DNA of 35,312 bases from Methanosarcinales archaeon ex4572_44 (GCA_002254825.2 NJEL02000002.1:1-35312); one strand, 5' to 3'. Numbered from the stretch's first letter, positions 24,991 through 34,770 are shown. The notes: generated by a model from the letters alone, not told the origin. Made by a program: numbers and translations.

Positions 24991-27900
24991 TTATTTTGAT
25001 ATTGCCATCGTTATTTGTATTCCTTCGACGTCCCATTCTTTTACGAGTGCTCCTTTTACGTCTATGTCCATGCCTATTGCGAGTATTCTTGCGCGGACTT
25101 CGTATGCGATTGTTTCTTCCCATTCGAAGACGAGGTCTGTGATCCGATCGTTGTTTATCTTCACTATTGCCTGTATTTCGTCGTCTACGTGGAGGTTGAG
25201 GTTTTTGCGCATGTCTTGGAGGCGGCGTATGATTTCGCGTGTGTATCCTTCGGCTTCGATGTTTCGTGTTAGTGTGCTGTCGACGTAGACGAGTCCGCCT
25301 GGGAATTCGGCTACTGTGGTGTTTTCTGGGATTACTTCTTTGAATTCGACCATTTCTGGTAATACTGTGGCGTTAAGTTCTGGGATTTCGAATCTGCCTT
25401 GTGTGTTGATGCTGTGTTTGACTGCAATGCTGTTTGCTCGTTCGATTGCTTCTTTCACTTTTCTAGCGTCTTTTTTGAATGCTGGTCCGAGAATTGCTGG
25501 TTTTGGTATGGCTTTAACTCCTAGTTCGCTCCATGTTTCGTCTGGGTCGAGGATTATCACGTCTTTTGAGTTGCATTGTTCCAAGAGGACTTTTCTGAGG
25601 TTTTTCACTGCTTTTATCACTTTTTGGTTGTCTGGTTTTATTATTATTCGTCTGATGGGCCAGCGTAGTTTTCTCTTGGCTTTTTGGCGTGCGTTTGATG
25701 CTGATTCAACTATGTCTCGCACGATTTCCATCTCTTCTTCAAGTTCAAGATTTTGTAGACTCGTGTCGCTGGGCCAGTCGCACATGTGTATTGAGAGGGG
25801 TGCATCGGTGTCTGTTTCGCGAACGATGTTTTGGTATATTGTTTCTGATATAAATGGTGCGAAGGGGGCGATTATCTTTGAGAGGTCGGAGAGTACGCGG
25901 TGCAGTACGTAGTATGCTGCAAGTTTCGTTGGGCTTTCTGCTTCGATCCAGACTCGTGGGCGGATGAGCTGGATGTACCATCGTGAGAGGTCGTCGAGTA
26001 TGAATTCACTGATTGCGCGGGTGGCTCTGTGAAGCTCGTATTTTTCCATCTCTTTTTCAACTGTTCTGGCAAGGCTCTGGATGCGTGAGAGGATCCATTG
26101 ATCTTCAGAGTAGAGAGCGTCCTTTATTGAATCATAATCGGTTTTCTTTGGGTCGAATCCGTCAAGCACCATGTATGGAAGCGGGAATCTGTAGACGTTC
26201 CATAGGATGTTGAAGATGCGATGGGTGTTTGCAATGCCCTCCCACCCAAACTTCAGATCGTCCCATGGTGCACTCGATGAAAGGACGTAGTAGCGGAGTG
26301 TCTCAGCGCCAAACCGCTTCACCACCTCTTCAGGTTCCACCACGTTTCCAAGACGCTTCGACATCTTCTTACCTGCATCATCCAGCGTGAAGCCGTGCAT
26401 TAAGACACTTTTATATGGTGCACGTCCGAAGGCTATCATGCTTGCGCCAAGCTGTGAATAGAACCAGCCTCGTGTCTGGTCATGTCCTTCTGTTATGAAA
26501 TCGGCAGGCCACCATTCGGCAAACTCCTTGCGCTCACCTGGGAATTTGAGGGTTGCCCATGATGACACGGCTGAGTCGAACCAGACATCAAAAACATCTC
26601 TCACCCGCTTCTTCACACCACCGCCGCACTCGCATGAGAGTTCTATCTCGTCCACGTAAGGGCGGTGGAGGTCTTTCAGATCGCTTACCCCGGCGCGTGA
26701 CTTGAGCTCGCCCACTGTCCCGATAACCTCGATATTTCCACATCGTTCGCAGACCCAGATGGGAAGGGGGATGCCCCAGTATCGCTGGCGGGAGATGCAC
26801 CAGTCACGGACACTTGAGACCCAGTCATGGAAGCGTGCTGTCCCGGCCCACTCAGGATACCACCAGACACGCGTTATCTCTTCAAGCATCTCATCTCTGA
26901 GCCTCGAAACCCGGAGGAACCACTGTTCTGTAGCCCGGTAGATGATAGGTGTCTCGCATCGCCAGCAGTGACCATAGCGATGCGTTATCTTCCCACGTGC
27001 AAGCAATGATCCCCGTTCTTCAAGGTCAGAGATCACAAGATCGTTCACATTGGCCTGAACATTCAGACCTGCATATTCGCCAGCATCATCCGTGTATTCG
27101 CCAGCAGAGTCGACTGGACAGAAGATGGGCAGGTCATGCTCAATACCAAGCAGGAAATCGTCCATACCATGACCTGGAGCAATATGAACACAACCTGTGT
27201 TCTCAACCGTCACAAAATCTGCCAGATACACCTGGTGCAAGAAATCATTCTGTTTTGGAACTTTATCTCCAAGCGGATGCTCATAAGTTGTTCCTTCAAG
27301 TTCTTCGCCAAGCATCGTATTCAGAATTTCGTAATCCGTGTACCTGCCCGCGCGGAGCACAGATTCAACCAGTTCACTTGCAACGATCAACACCTCACTC
27401 ACACCTTCTTTGATGGCACGGACCCGCGCATACTCAAAAGACGGGTGAACAGCCACAGCAATATTGGAGGGAATCGTCCAGGGCGTCGTCGTCCAGATAA
27501 CAATGAACTCGTTATCAACACCCGAAACAGGGAGTTTCACAAAGATTGAAGGATCGACCCGATCAGCATAATCCACTTCGGAATCGGCAATAGCTGTTTC
27601 GCACCTCGGACACCAGTTCACAACCCGAAACCCGCGCTCAAGCAGATCCCTCTCGTACGCCCGCTTCAACGTCCACCACGCAGACTCGATATACTCATCC
27701 CGAAGCGTCATGTACGGATCCTTCCAGTTAAGCCACACCCCAAGAGACTCAAACTGAACAGTCATCTCGTCTTTGTGAGAGAGCGCAAACTCTTCACACT
27801 TGGAAACAAACTTATCCACTCCATACGACTCAATATCCTTCTTAGACGTAAAACCAAGCACACCCTCAACCTTCACTTCAATAGGCAGACCATGCATATC

Positions 27901-28155
27901 CCAGCCAGCACGATCCCGCACATGAAAACCCCGCATAGACTTAAAACGCAGAATACTGTCTTTTATCACCTTATTCCACGCAGTACCGAGATGAATCTTA
28001 CCCGTTGTGTACGGAGGACCATCGACAAAGAAAAACTTCTCACCACCACGCCTGAGCTCACGCACCTTAGAATACGCATTAATTTCATCCCAAAAAGACA
28101 TGATCGAAGACTCGACTTCCTTCGAATCATACTGAGCATCCACAACATGAAACAT
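24991..28155 (-). CDS. ileS: isoleucine--tRNA ligase
   Basis: 1054 aa class I synthetase with HIGH-type motif ([15 protein letters not shown]), KMSKS motif (KMSKRLGN), CP1 editing domain and zinc-type CxxC pairs (CPRCET, CWRCET, CERCG). Confidence 0.95.
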   Translation of the reverse strand: MFHVVDAQYDSKEVESSIMSFWDEINAYSKVRELRRGGEKFFFVDGPPYTTGKIHLGTAWNKVIKDSILRFKSMRGFHVRDRAGWDMHGLPIEVKVEGVLGFTSKKDIESYGVDKFVSKCEEFALSHKDEMTVQFESLGVWLNWKDPYMTLRDEYIESAWWTLKRAYERDLLERGFRVVNWCPRCETAIADSEVDYADRVDPSIFVKLPVSGVDNEFIVIWTTTPWTIPSNIAVAVHPSFEYARVRAIKEGVSEVLIVASELVESVLRAGRYTDYEILNTMLGEELEGTTYEHPLGDKVPKQNDFLHQVYLADFVTVENTGCVHIAPGHGMDDFLLGIEHDLPIFCPVDSAGEYTDDAGEYAGLNVQANVNDLVISDLEERGSLLARGKITHRYGHCWRCETPIIYRATEQWFLRVSRLRDEMLEEITRVWWYPEWAGTARFHDWVSSVRDWCISRQRYWGIPLPIWVCERCGNIEVIGTVGELKSRAGVSDLKDLHRPYVDEIELSCECGGGVKKRVRDVFDVWFDSAVSSWATLKFPGERKEFAEWWPADFITEGHDQTRGWFYSQLGASMIAFGRAPYKSVLMHGFTLDDAGKKMSKRLGNVVEPEEVVKRFGAETLRYYVLSSSAPWDDLKFGWEGIANTHRIFNILWNVYRFPLPYMVLDGFDPKKTDYDSIKDALYSEDQWILSRIQSLARTVEKEMEKYELHRATRAISEFILDDLSRWYIQLIRPRVWIEAESPTKLAAYYVLHRVLSDLSKIIAPFAPFISETIYQNIVRETDTDAPLSIHMCDWPSDTSLQNLELEEEMEIVRDIVESASNARQKAKRKLRWPIRRIIIKPDNQKVIKAVKNLRKVLLEQCNSKDVIILDPDETWSELGVKAIPKPAILGPAFKKDARKVKEAIERANSIAVKHSINTQGRFEIPELNATVLPEMVEFKEVIPENTTVAEFPGGLVYVDSTLTRNIEAEGYTREIIRRLQDMRKNLNLHVDDEIQAIVKINNDRITDLVFEWEETIAYEVRARILAIGMDIDVKGALVKEWDVEGIQITMAISK

Positions 28156-28367
28156 AAAACAATCACCAAAAACCTGAAAACCAACACTAATAGAAAAACA
28201 CCAATGAAAAGCCTTGTGATCACAAACTCGTGCGGCGTTGGCTTGGAGAGGAGATAGTCTCTGCTTAATGTCTTATTCTAAAGGAGTGTGAAAGTGTTAT
28301 CGCGGGTTTTCCGAGGAGTTCCAAAAGATTCTATAATTATTGACTCCTGAAGTATGCACATCTGAAC

Positions 28368-29126
28368 ATGGATCCCAAAAACCGTTTCTGGGAGATAGAT
28401 CTCACACGTGGTATTGCCATAATCGCGATGGTCGCCTACCACCTTTCCTATGATCTAAATTATTTTAATGTGTATGGTGTTGATATCAACTCTGGCTTCT
28501 GGTGGTATCTCGCACGAAGCACAGCCGTAACATTCTTACTCCTCGTTGGAGTCTCACTGACTCTCAGCTACTCAAAAACAAAGATACAGACTCCAGAAAA
28601 GAATACATACCGAAAATATCTCAAGAGAGGTTTTGATATATTCATGCTGGGCTTAGCCATCACCGCGACAACGTGGCTTCTTCTGGAAGAAGGCACCATC
28701 CTCTTCGGCATCCTCCCTCTCATCGGAGTATCAATCATTCTGGCATACCCGTTCCTGCAATACCGCTACTTAAACCTCATAGCAGGCGTAATCATCATAT
28801 CAATCGGGATACACCTTAAGAGCGTCACAATCAACTCTCCCTATCTCTTCTGGATGGGTCTCAGACCTGAATACTTCTACACGCTCGACTACTTCCCGAT
28901 CCTCCCATGGTTTGGAGTGATTCTGATCGGTTTATTCCTCGGAAACCTACTCTATTACAACAGCACGAGAATGTTCAACTTATGGAACCAACCCAAAAAT
29001 CCAATTGTGACATTATTTTGCCTCATAGGAAGACACTCACTCCCGATCTATCTCGCCCATCAACCAGTACTGATCACAACACTACACGTATTTGGCATAA
29101 TAGAGTTCATAACGCAACTACCCTGA
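28368..29126 (+). CDS. DUF1624-like (heparan-alpha-glucosaminide N-acetyltransferase-like) integral membrane protein
   Basis: N-terminus RFWEIDLTRGIAIIAMVAYH followed by ~8 predicted TM segments. A TATA-like CTATAATT lies ~30 nt upstream. Confidence 0.65.
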   Translation: MDPKNRFWEIDLTRGIAIIAMVAYHLSYDLNYFNVYGVDINSGFWWYLARSTAVTFLLLVGVSLTLSYSKTKIQTPEKNTYRKYLKRGFDIFMLGLAITATTWLLLEEGTILFGILPLIGVSIILAYPFLQYRYLNLIAGVIIISIGIHLKSVTINSPYLFWMGLRPEYFYTLDYFPILPWFGVILIGLFLGNLLYYNSTRMFNLWNQPKNPIVTLFCLIGRHSLPIYLAHQPVLITTLHVFGIIEFITQLP

Positions 29127-29236
29127 AGCTGTTAAATTGATGTTTTGGCTTGAAATATCCATTTTTGCCAACCGCAAGCAGTAGAGAAACACTCCTATCG
29201 GGGCGAAGGCAGCGTATGCTTTTTCCACCACTTGCT

Positions 29237-29698
29237 CTAATTTTTACGATTGTGATCCTTCTTTTCGCACACGTGTTTTCCTGTCTCGCAGAACGTCTCG
29301 AAGTGTTTGAGCCAATCTGGATAGACAGGTGATGTTTCTACGAATTCGACCAGTGCTTTTACCTGTGTGATGGTTTTCGGGTCGAGTCCGTGTTCAATAA
29401 TGCAGGCGTCTCTCTCAGCTATTTTATCAGGGACTCGTATGATCTTCAGGAACGATTTTATTGCGTTGTGTTTGTCTTTCACTGCGAGAGCTATTTCGTG
29501 TCCTTTCTCTGTGAGCTTCACACCATTATGTTTTTCATATCTGACAAGCCCATGCTTGTCCAGTTTCTTCAGCATTTCCACCACACTTGGCGGTTTGACG
29601 TTCAGAGATGCTGAAACATTCTTTACTCTCACATACCCTTGTTCGTCTATTATATTGAGGATTGCTTCGAGGTAATCCTCTGCTTTTCTTGAGAGCAC
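29237..29698 (-). CDS. DtxR/MntR-family metal-dependent transcriptional repressor
   Basis: MLSRKAEDYLEAILNI...VRVKNVSASLNVKPPSVVEMLKKLDKHGLV (wHTH), plus the metal-binding/dimerisation region KIAERDACIIEHGL. Confidence 0.85.
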   Translation of the reverse strand: MLSRKAEDYLEAILNIIDEQGYVRVKNVSASLNVKPPSVVEMLKKLDKHGLVRYEKHNGVKLTEKGHEIALAVKDKHNAIKSFLKIIRVPDKIAERDACIIEHGLDPKTITQVKALVEFVETSPVYPDWLKHFETFCETGKHVCEKKDHNRKN

Positions 29699-29712
29699 GA
29701 CCAGTTATTAGG

Positions 29713-29735
29713 ACAACCTATTATTTGAAGGTTGT
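29713..29735. promoter_or_regulatory. 7+7 inverted repeat bracketing a TATA-like element; candidate operator/promoter of the DtxR-family gene
   Basis: ACAACCT-attatttga-AGGTTGT lies 15-37 nt upstream of the repressor ATG (29698). The AT-rich spacer reads AAATAAT on the minus strand at TATA distance, consistent with a leaderless transcript. Confidence 0.4.
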
Positions 29736-29840
29736 TGCAGAGGCCAGAGAAAGAAAGCGAGAGTTTTGTATCACTGGCACAAGGTTTATCAGGTGCTTCG
29801 TTTCATTCTATCTTTTTTCACTCTTTGCGAGGTGTGATGC

Positions 29841-30941
29841 TTGTCTGATGAGCTTGGTGTCTCTGAGCTATTTGAGATCACTGCTGATATCGGTGGTCGT
29901 CCTGGTGTGGACTGCAGAGGTTTCTGCAAGTACTGCTATTTCAAGCGTGTGAAAGAAAATCCTGTGTTAGGGTGCAGGTATTGTTCAAGGGAGAATGTTG
30001 GCTGCGACAAGTGCCGTTATGAGATTGTTGAGAAGCATAACGGGTACGCCGATCCCACGATCCTTCAGCACTACGTGATTTCCAGGACCACACAGGAGCG
30101 TTTCGCAAACCCCAATCGCAGTTATGCAATCAACATCAGCGGGGGCGGGGATGCTGGTTGCTACCCCGATCTATTGGAGCTTGTCCGATCAATCGGGGGC
30201 GTAGCCCCTATCCACCTCGGCTACGTGAGCGGTAAGGGGTTAACACCGCAGGATGCAATGGAACTCGTTGAAGCAGGCGTTCGGATCGTCACTTTCACCG
30301 TCTTCTCAACCGATCCGTTGTTGCGAAGGGAGTGGCTGAATGACCACGCCCCAGAAGCTGCATTAGAGTCGTTGCGCACGTTTGCTGGTAACTGTGAAAC
30401 CTATGCTGCTGCTGTGATAATACCAGGCGTGAATGCTGAAGATATCTTCAAGACTGCTCGGACGCTTGAGTCGTGGGGCGTTAAAGGACTCACACTCATG
30501 CGTTTTGGAAACAATGAAGAGAACGGGATTATACTTGGAAACGAGCCGATCATAGAAGGTATCACCCCCCAAAGTGTTGAAGAATTCAGAGAGCTCGTGC
30601 TTGCTGTTGACCGTGCTGTCCCCGGGATGAGGGTGGTCGGAACACCGCTCTTTGATCCTCTCACTGGTGCACCATTCGCACTTGCAAGCGTCTTAGAGGA
30701 TGATTTTCCAGATTTTTCACCGATCCGATCCGAAGCCACGATCCTCACTGGGAAGGTTGCAGCCCCCTTTATTGAGAGGATACTTCAGAGGATTGACGGA
30801 TCTCAACATGTGAACGTGATCAGTCTTGAAAAGGAGATCGGCGACCTCATCACGCACCGCGATCTTGAGCGGTTGCCACTCGATTGTGTGAAGGAAACTG
30901 TTGTGGTCCCAGGCAATGCGCTCATCCATTCACAGAGCTAA
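29841..30941 (+). CDS. mmp10: methanogenesis marker 10-type radical SAM protein (Mmp10, B12-dependent methyl-coenzyme M reductase arginine C-methyltransferase family)
   Basis: N-terminus ADIGGRPGVDCRGFCKYCYFKRV carries the CX3CX2C radical SAM motif. It is immediately followed by CRYCSRENVGCDKC (CX2CX6CX2C). 366 aa. TTG at 29841 is the only possible in-frame start. Confidence 0.7.
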   Translation: MSDELGVSELFEITADIGGRPGVDCRGFCKYCYFKRVKENPVLGCRYCSRENVGCDKCRYEIVEKHNGYADPTILQHYVISRTTQERFANPNRSYAINISGGGDAGCYPDLLELVRSIGGVAPIHLGYVSGKGLTPQDAMELVEAGVRIVTFTVFSTDPLLRREWLNDHAPEAALESLRTFAGNCETYAAAVIIPGVNAEDIFKTARTLESWGVKGLTLMRFGNNEENGIILGNEPIIEGITPQSVEEFRELVLAVDRAVPGMRVVGTPLFDPLTGAPFALASVLEDDFPDFSPIRSEATILTGKVAAPFIERILQRIDGSQHVNVISLEKEIGDLITHRDLERLPLDCVKETVVVPGNALIHSQS

Positions 30942-30964
30942 TCCAGATGATCAATGCCTTTGGC

Positions 30965-31294
30965 TTACCACCCAAAGAGTGAGCCTGATGCCGACTCTCT
31001 GTGTACCCTAACAAGTATCTGGTCATCATGCGAGGGCGTTACATCTGCCACATCGCTGATCGTCTTCCCTTCAACAAGTTCAATGCCCATGATATCCTCT
31101 GCAAAGTTCGCATAAGGCAATTTGACACGCACGCCATCGGTTTTCAGCGTCACGGGAAACGGTGCAATACACATATTAAGATCCTGGACCTCTCCTTCAA
31201 TCGCTTGTTTCAAATAGATCGGTGGCAGGATTGGCGGATCGTCTTCAAGCTCTCCCTTCAACCCATCCGCAGTTTCAAGCACTGCATCCATCAC
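30965..31294 (-). CDS. hypothetical protein (109 aa), last gene of a three-gene cassette
   Basis: ORF with an ATG start 5 nt after the upstream stop. Acidic protein with no motif I recognise. Confidence 0.6.
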   Translation of the reverse strand: MMDAVLETADGLKGELEDDPPILPPIYLKQAIEGEVQDLNMCIAPFPVTLKTDGVRVKLPYANFAEDIMGIELVEGKTISDVADVTPSHDDQILVRVHRESASGSLFGW

Positions 31295-31299
31295 CCTGT

Positions 31300-31683
31300 T
31301 TAAGCGAGCCTTCTCATTTCCATAGCACTCATCTGAGATATCGTCAAGCCAACGCCACGACCCATGACAAGAGAGTTCACCTTGGCGCCGCTCTCTCTCA
31401 AACCCTCGATGAGATTGCAGTGCGGAACAGGCGCATGGTGACGGGCATACGAAGGCGAGACCATTATAATCTCAATACCAGTGAGCGGCGCAGGCATAAG
31501 CTCACCGTGCACGATTTTAACCATGCCCTCTATCTTCGAAACACCCTCCTTTGGCACTGCAAAGATCATGACTACTTCAGTGGAGGTAAGGTCTATCGAG
31601 ACGATGAACCCGCCAACATCCTCTATTAAATCTGTCACCCAATCATGCCTGTAGGGCGCACCCCGAAAGATCATGAACTCCAT
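31300..31683 (-). CDS. hypothetical protein (~124-127 aa), middle gene of the three-gene cassette
   Basis: Start is ATG 31683, or ATG 31674 which forms an ATGA overlap with the upstream stop. No recognised motif. The track's longer start (31713) is discarded. Confidence 0.6.
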   Translation of the reverse strand: MEFMIFRGAPYRHDWVTDLIEDVGGFIVSIDLTSTEVVMIFAVPKEGVSKIEGMVKIVHGELMPAPLTGIEIIMVSPSYARHHAPVPHCNLIEGLRESGAKVNSLVMGRGVGLTISQMSAMEMRRLA

Positions 31684-32291
31684 CCAAACCTCTCCTTCAC
31701 ACGATTGACCCACTCAGGCTCAATAACAGCCTCAGATGCAACCACAAGCACCGACTTTGCCCCATATTCCACATGACGCACCCTGAAACCTACAGGGATT
31801 ATCTGAAGTGCAAGCGTAACAAGCTGATCATATATCTCCTTTGAAGGATCAACGATCACAATACCCAGCAACCCATCAAGATCAACACCCTCTTTCTTAA
31901 CCAGAATATGGGATCGTTCAGGCTGCTCCACATTATCCCTCCCATAAATATCCCAAAGCCTCCGCAGTATCTCAGGGATATACCGTTCCTCTCCAATCAC
32001 AAGATCAAACTCATCCCCAACAACACGGGCAACCGAGATGTCATTGATGGTAAGAGGCTTTTCAACCGCCTTGAACTCAATCTGGCACGAGAAGAGAGGG
32101 GTTTTTGGATCAGCATAGATACGAAGAGCATCAAGGTTCTTGACGTTCATATCCATCATCAGGTACTCAACAATCTCACGATACGCAGCAACACCCGCTT
32201 CATCCTCACACTCAACAAACAGATTCTCCATAAAGTCACCCGAAACACCAATATTATTCAGATCAAAGATTTGAAAGGTCTTCCGACCCAT
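31671..32291 (-). CDS. conserved hypothetical protein (206 aa); possibly a methanogenesis-marker small protein (Mmp17-like), unverified
   Basis: Clean ORF with an ATG start. A TATA-like TGTATATA lies on the minus strand ~40 nt upstream (32331-32338). The Mmp17-like guess rests only on size, context next to mmp10 and a vague motif recollection (EERYIPEILRRLWDIYGRDNVEQPER). Confidence 0.55.
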   Translation of the reverse strand: MGRKTFQIFDLNNIGVSGDFMENLFVECEDEAGVAAYREIVEYLMMDMNVKNLDALRIYADPKTPLFSCQIEFKAVEKPLTINDISVARVVGDEFDLVIGEERYIPEILRRLWDIYGRDNVEQPERSHILVKKEGVDLDGLLGIVIVDPSKEIYDQLVTLALQIIPVGFRVRHVEYGAKSVLVVASEAVIEPEWVNRVKERFGWSS

Positions 32292-32597
32292 CGGTTGGAC
32301 AACACTCTAATACCATAAATGGTGACGTGATATATACATTTCGGATTAGAGATCTCTGGAGACAAAATTGGGCGGGGTTCGAGTTTACACAAATTATGCC
32401 ATGTGTCAGCGCAGGTTGAGGTAGTGCTGGTCTTATCATCCTTTTTTGCCGCGGTGTCTGTCCAAACAATTTCGTTTTCTGTTGTTTGGTATTTTTTATT
32501 GCTTTGTAAGTTTACACTTAGCTATAATCGAGAAATCGGGAAATCGAGAAGTGGGGGGCCAGAGAAACATTTTGCATCAAAGATTTTTAAGACTTGA

Positions 32598-34184
32598 TTA
32601 TACTCCTACATCAAGTTCGTAGCTTGGTCGTGTTTCTATCGTCTCGGATCGCTCGTCTTGCATCTGTTCTCTCCAGACTCGTGGTGCGTCCTTGCTCGTT
32701 CCACGTATCTGTGTTGTGCGGCGCTCCCTGATCTCAACGATGATCGGCGTGTTGATTGCAACACCACTTGTGATTGCCTGCCCCCGTGCGAGAGCTGACA
32801 GCTCATCGAGCAGGTCTCTGCTCACCGATTCTATGCTCTCTCCTATCTGCTTTTGGTCTGAGGGATTGATGATTCGCATGGTGACCTGTGTCATACACTG
32901 GGAGAGTGCGTCTGCATCGAGTTTGCTTGGGCGTTGCGAGACCATACACACGCCGATTCCGAATTTCCTACCTTCTGATAGGATTTTTTTGAGTATTTGT
33001 CTCGATTTTGCATCTCCTGTCTGCGGCGCGAACCTGTGTGCCTCTTCGAGTATCACAAATACTGGATGGGGCAGATAGCGCTCAGGTCGGCGTTCTTCGC
33101 TGTAACGCTCATTATCTGTGCCTTCTCGCGCATCGAAGAGTTGGCGGAGCAGAATGGTTGCAATCCACTGCTGTTTCCACTCTCCGATGCCTGAGACATC
33201 CATTATGGTGAGGAGCCCGGGCTGGAAGTACTCGCGCAGTGGGATGCTCCGATAGTCATCGAAGATCTTCTCGCGCACCATTCTATCGTAACGCCAGAGC
33301 AATCCCGCGATGCTCGGCTCATTCGTACCATCACTCAAACCCTCAATAGTCTCACGAAGCTCGTTTTTGGTGAAACTTCGTGTGAGTCTCTTTTCATCCT
33401 TTTTCAAGCTCTCATAAGCCCTCATAAAGAGTGTCTTCATCTTCTCTGACATGTTACCCTCGTCCATGATACTGATGAAATCGCCAGGCGTGAGATCCCC
33501 GACTCTGATCTTTATCTGTTCTGGCTTCACGATCCGCACCCTTGGCCGATACTCCTCTTCCCAGAAGCTGTGATCGTTCTGAATATCGCTCAACACGCCG
33601 TACTCGCCATGTGGATCAAAGATCAAGACCGACGCCATATTCTTCGCCGAGATCAGTTCTTCCACGATCACGCCAACGGTATAGGACTTTCCTGCGCCTG
33701 TTGCAGCGATGATTGAGAGGTGCTGGCTCACCATTTCACGAACAGAGAGCACAGCATCGGTCTTCGTGCCAAGTATCGTGCCGATGTGAGCCGAACCAAC
33801 CTCGCTCGCAGAGACCCTGTTCACATCTGACAGGATCGTGTCGTCCACCCGCTCTATCCTCGTGCCAGAAAGCGGCATCACACGCGGGTTTATGAACTCA
33901 TTAACTATCCTGTCAAAATAGCCCACAACCCGTGCGTGCGCACGATAAAACTGATAATCGCTCGCATCAAGACCGTAAAAGACTGCAACATCTCCAGCGT
34001 CAACCTCAGGATCGAGCAAGAACTCTACAGGGTAATCCCGCAAGGGCTCAGTATGCCTCACACGAGCAAGCACGCGATCACCCCCCAACCGATAGTATAC
34101 AAACTCGCCAGATGCAAAGGAGTGCTTCGTTACAAAGGAAAAACCCTCTCGCGTATGCGTTAACACCACACCAACCGGATTCAC
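32598..34184 (-). CDS. HerA-like / DUF87 (COG0433-type) FtsK-HerA superfamily ATPase
   Basis: N-terminal barrel-like segment, Walker A IIAATGAGKSYTVG, Walker B PVFVILEEAHRFAP, and SEGRKFGIGVCMVSQRPSKLD. The GTG start overlaps the upstream stop (GTGA 34181-34184). Confidence 0.85.
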   Translation of the reverse strand: MNPVGVVLTHTREGFSFVTKHSFASGEFVYYRLGGDRVLARVRHTEPLRDYPVEFLLDPEVDAGDVAVFYGLDASDYQFYRAHARVVGYFDRIVNEFINPRVMPLSGTRIERVDDTILSDVNRVSASEVGSAHIGTILGTKTDAVLSVREMVSQHLSIIAATGAGKSYTVGVIVEELISAKNMASVLIFDPHGEYGVLSDIQNDHSFWEEEYRPRVRIVKPEQIKIRVGDLTPGDFISIMDEGNMSEKMKTLFMRAYESLKKDEKRLTRSFTKNELRETIEGLSDGTNEPSIAGLLWRYDRMVREKIFDDYRSIPLREYFQPGLLTIMDVSGIGEWKQQWIATILLRQLFDAREGTDNERYSEERRPERYLPHPVFVILEEAHRFAPQTGDAKSRQILKKILSEGRKFGIGVCMVSQRPSKLDADALSQCMTQVTMRIINPSDQKQIGESIESVSRDLLDELSALARGQAITSGVAINTPIIVEIRERRTTQIRGTSKDAPRVWREQMQDERSETIETRPSYELDVGV

Positions 34185-34720
34185 AATACTCCACCCCCTC
34201 TGAGATACTTCCTGACAGGTACAAGCATCGTTTGAGCCTCAGGCAGCACACGCCACAGCTCATCAACAATTGCAAGTAAGACATCATCCCCGAGCGCTTC
34301 ACGATACCGATTGAAATAAGAGATACTAACACTACCAAAAGAGAGATGAAACTTCCTGATCACATCATCCTCCAACCGCCACACCCTGCTGCGAACCTGC
34401 GGCGCCACACGAAGACCGTACCGAACACACTCTCGATAGAGCAGACCAAGCCCAAAAACAAGATAATAACTGGTCCCAAGATCTGCACTGTACGGCAGAT
34501 ACTTCGATTCCATCTCAAAAGATAGCATCGAGACCACATCCTCAGGAATCAAACGCTCCACACCCGTAACCACAGAGACCACTACACCCTCCGCAGACTC
34601 GACCCCAACAAACTCGCCAACACCAGACTCACGAGAAGACCCGAAAACCGCCCTCACAACATACGCATTCACACCATCCACCCGAACAACCTCGCCAAAA
34701 ACAGCATCATCGTCAACCAT
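34181..34720 (-). CDS. hypothetical protein (179 aa) translationally coupled to the HerA-like ATPase; N-terminal beta-barrel-like (HAS-barrel-like) segment
   Basis: ATG start. N-terminus FGEVVRVDGVNAYVVRAVFG...GEFVGVESAEGVVVSVVTGVERL resembles the V/G-rich barrel at HerA N-termini. The remainder is not recognised. Confidence 0.6.
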   Translation of the reverse strand: MVDDDAVFGEVVRVDGVNAYVVRAVFGSSRESGVGEFVGVESAEGVVVSVVTGVERLIPEDVVSMLSFEMESKYLPYSADLGTSYYLVFGLGLLYRECVRYGLRVAPQVRSRVWRLEDDVIRKFHLSFGSVSISYFNRYREALGDDVLLAIVDELWRVLPEAQTMLVPVRKYLRGGGVL

Positions 34721-34770
34721 AAAACATCACATCCACCACAACCAAAACACAACACCAGAAGAGATATGAG

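Noticed and set aside
25015-28257. Series of plus-strand ORFs (85-198 aa) inside the ileS region
   Set aside because: They lie antisense to a 1054-aa ORF with clear class I aminoacyl-tRNA synthetase motifs. Their translations are low-complexity with no recognisable domains.
32371-32390. GGCGGGGTTCGAGTTT, superficially like a tRNA T-arm
   Set aside because: The flanking sequence cannot form the T-stem, acceptor stem or anticodon arm. It is not a tRNA.
32526-32549. Three tandem 8-mers AATCGAGA/AATCGGGA/AATCGAGA
   Set aside because: Too short and too few units for a CRISPR array or a meaningful tandem repeat, with no spacer structure. Probably chance or slippage in an intergenic region.
32403-32597. 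64-aa hydrophobic plus-strand ORF ending exactly at the HerA-like gene stop
   Set aside because: It has a GTG start with no Shine-Dalgarno or TATA support. Its hydrophobicity comes from T-rich intergenic sequence. No evidence beyond the open frame, though a small membrane protein cannot be fully excluded.
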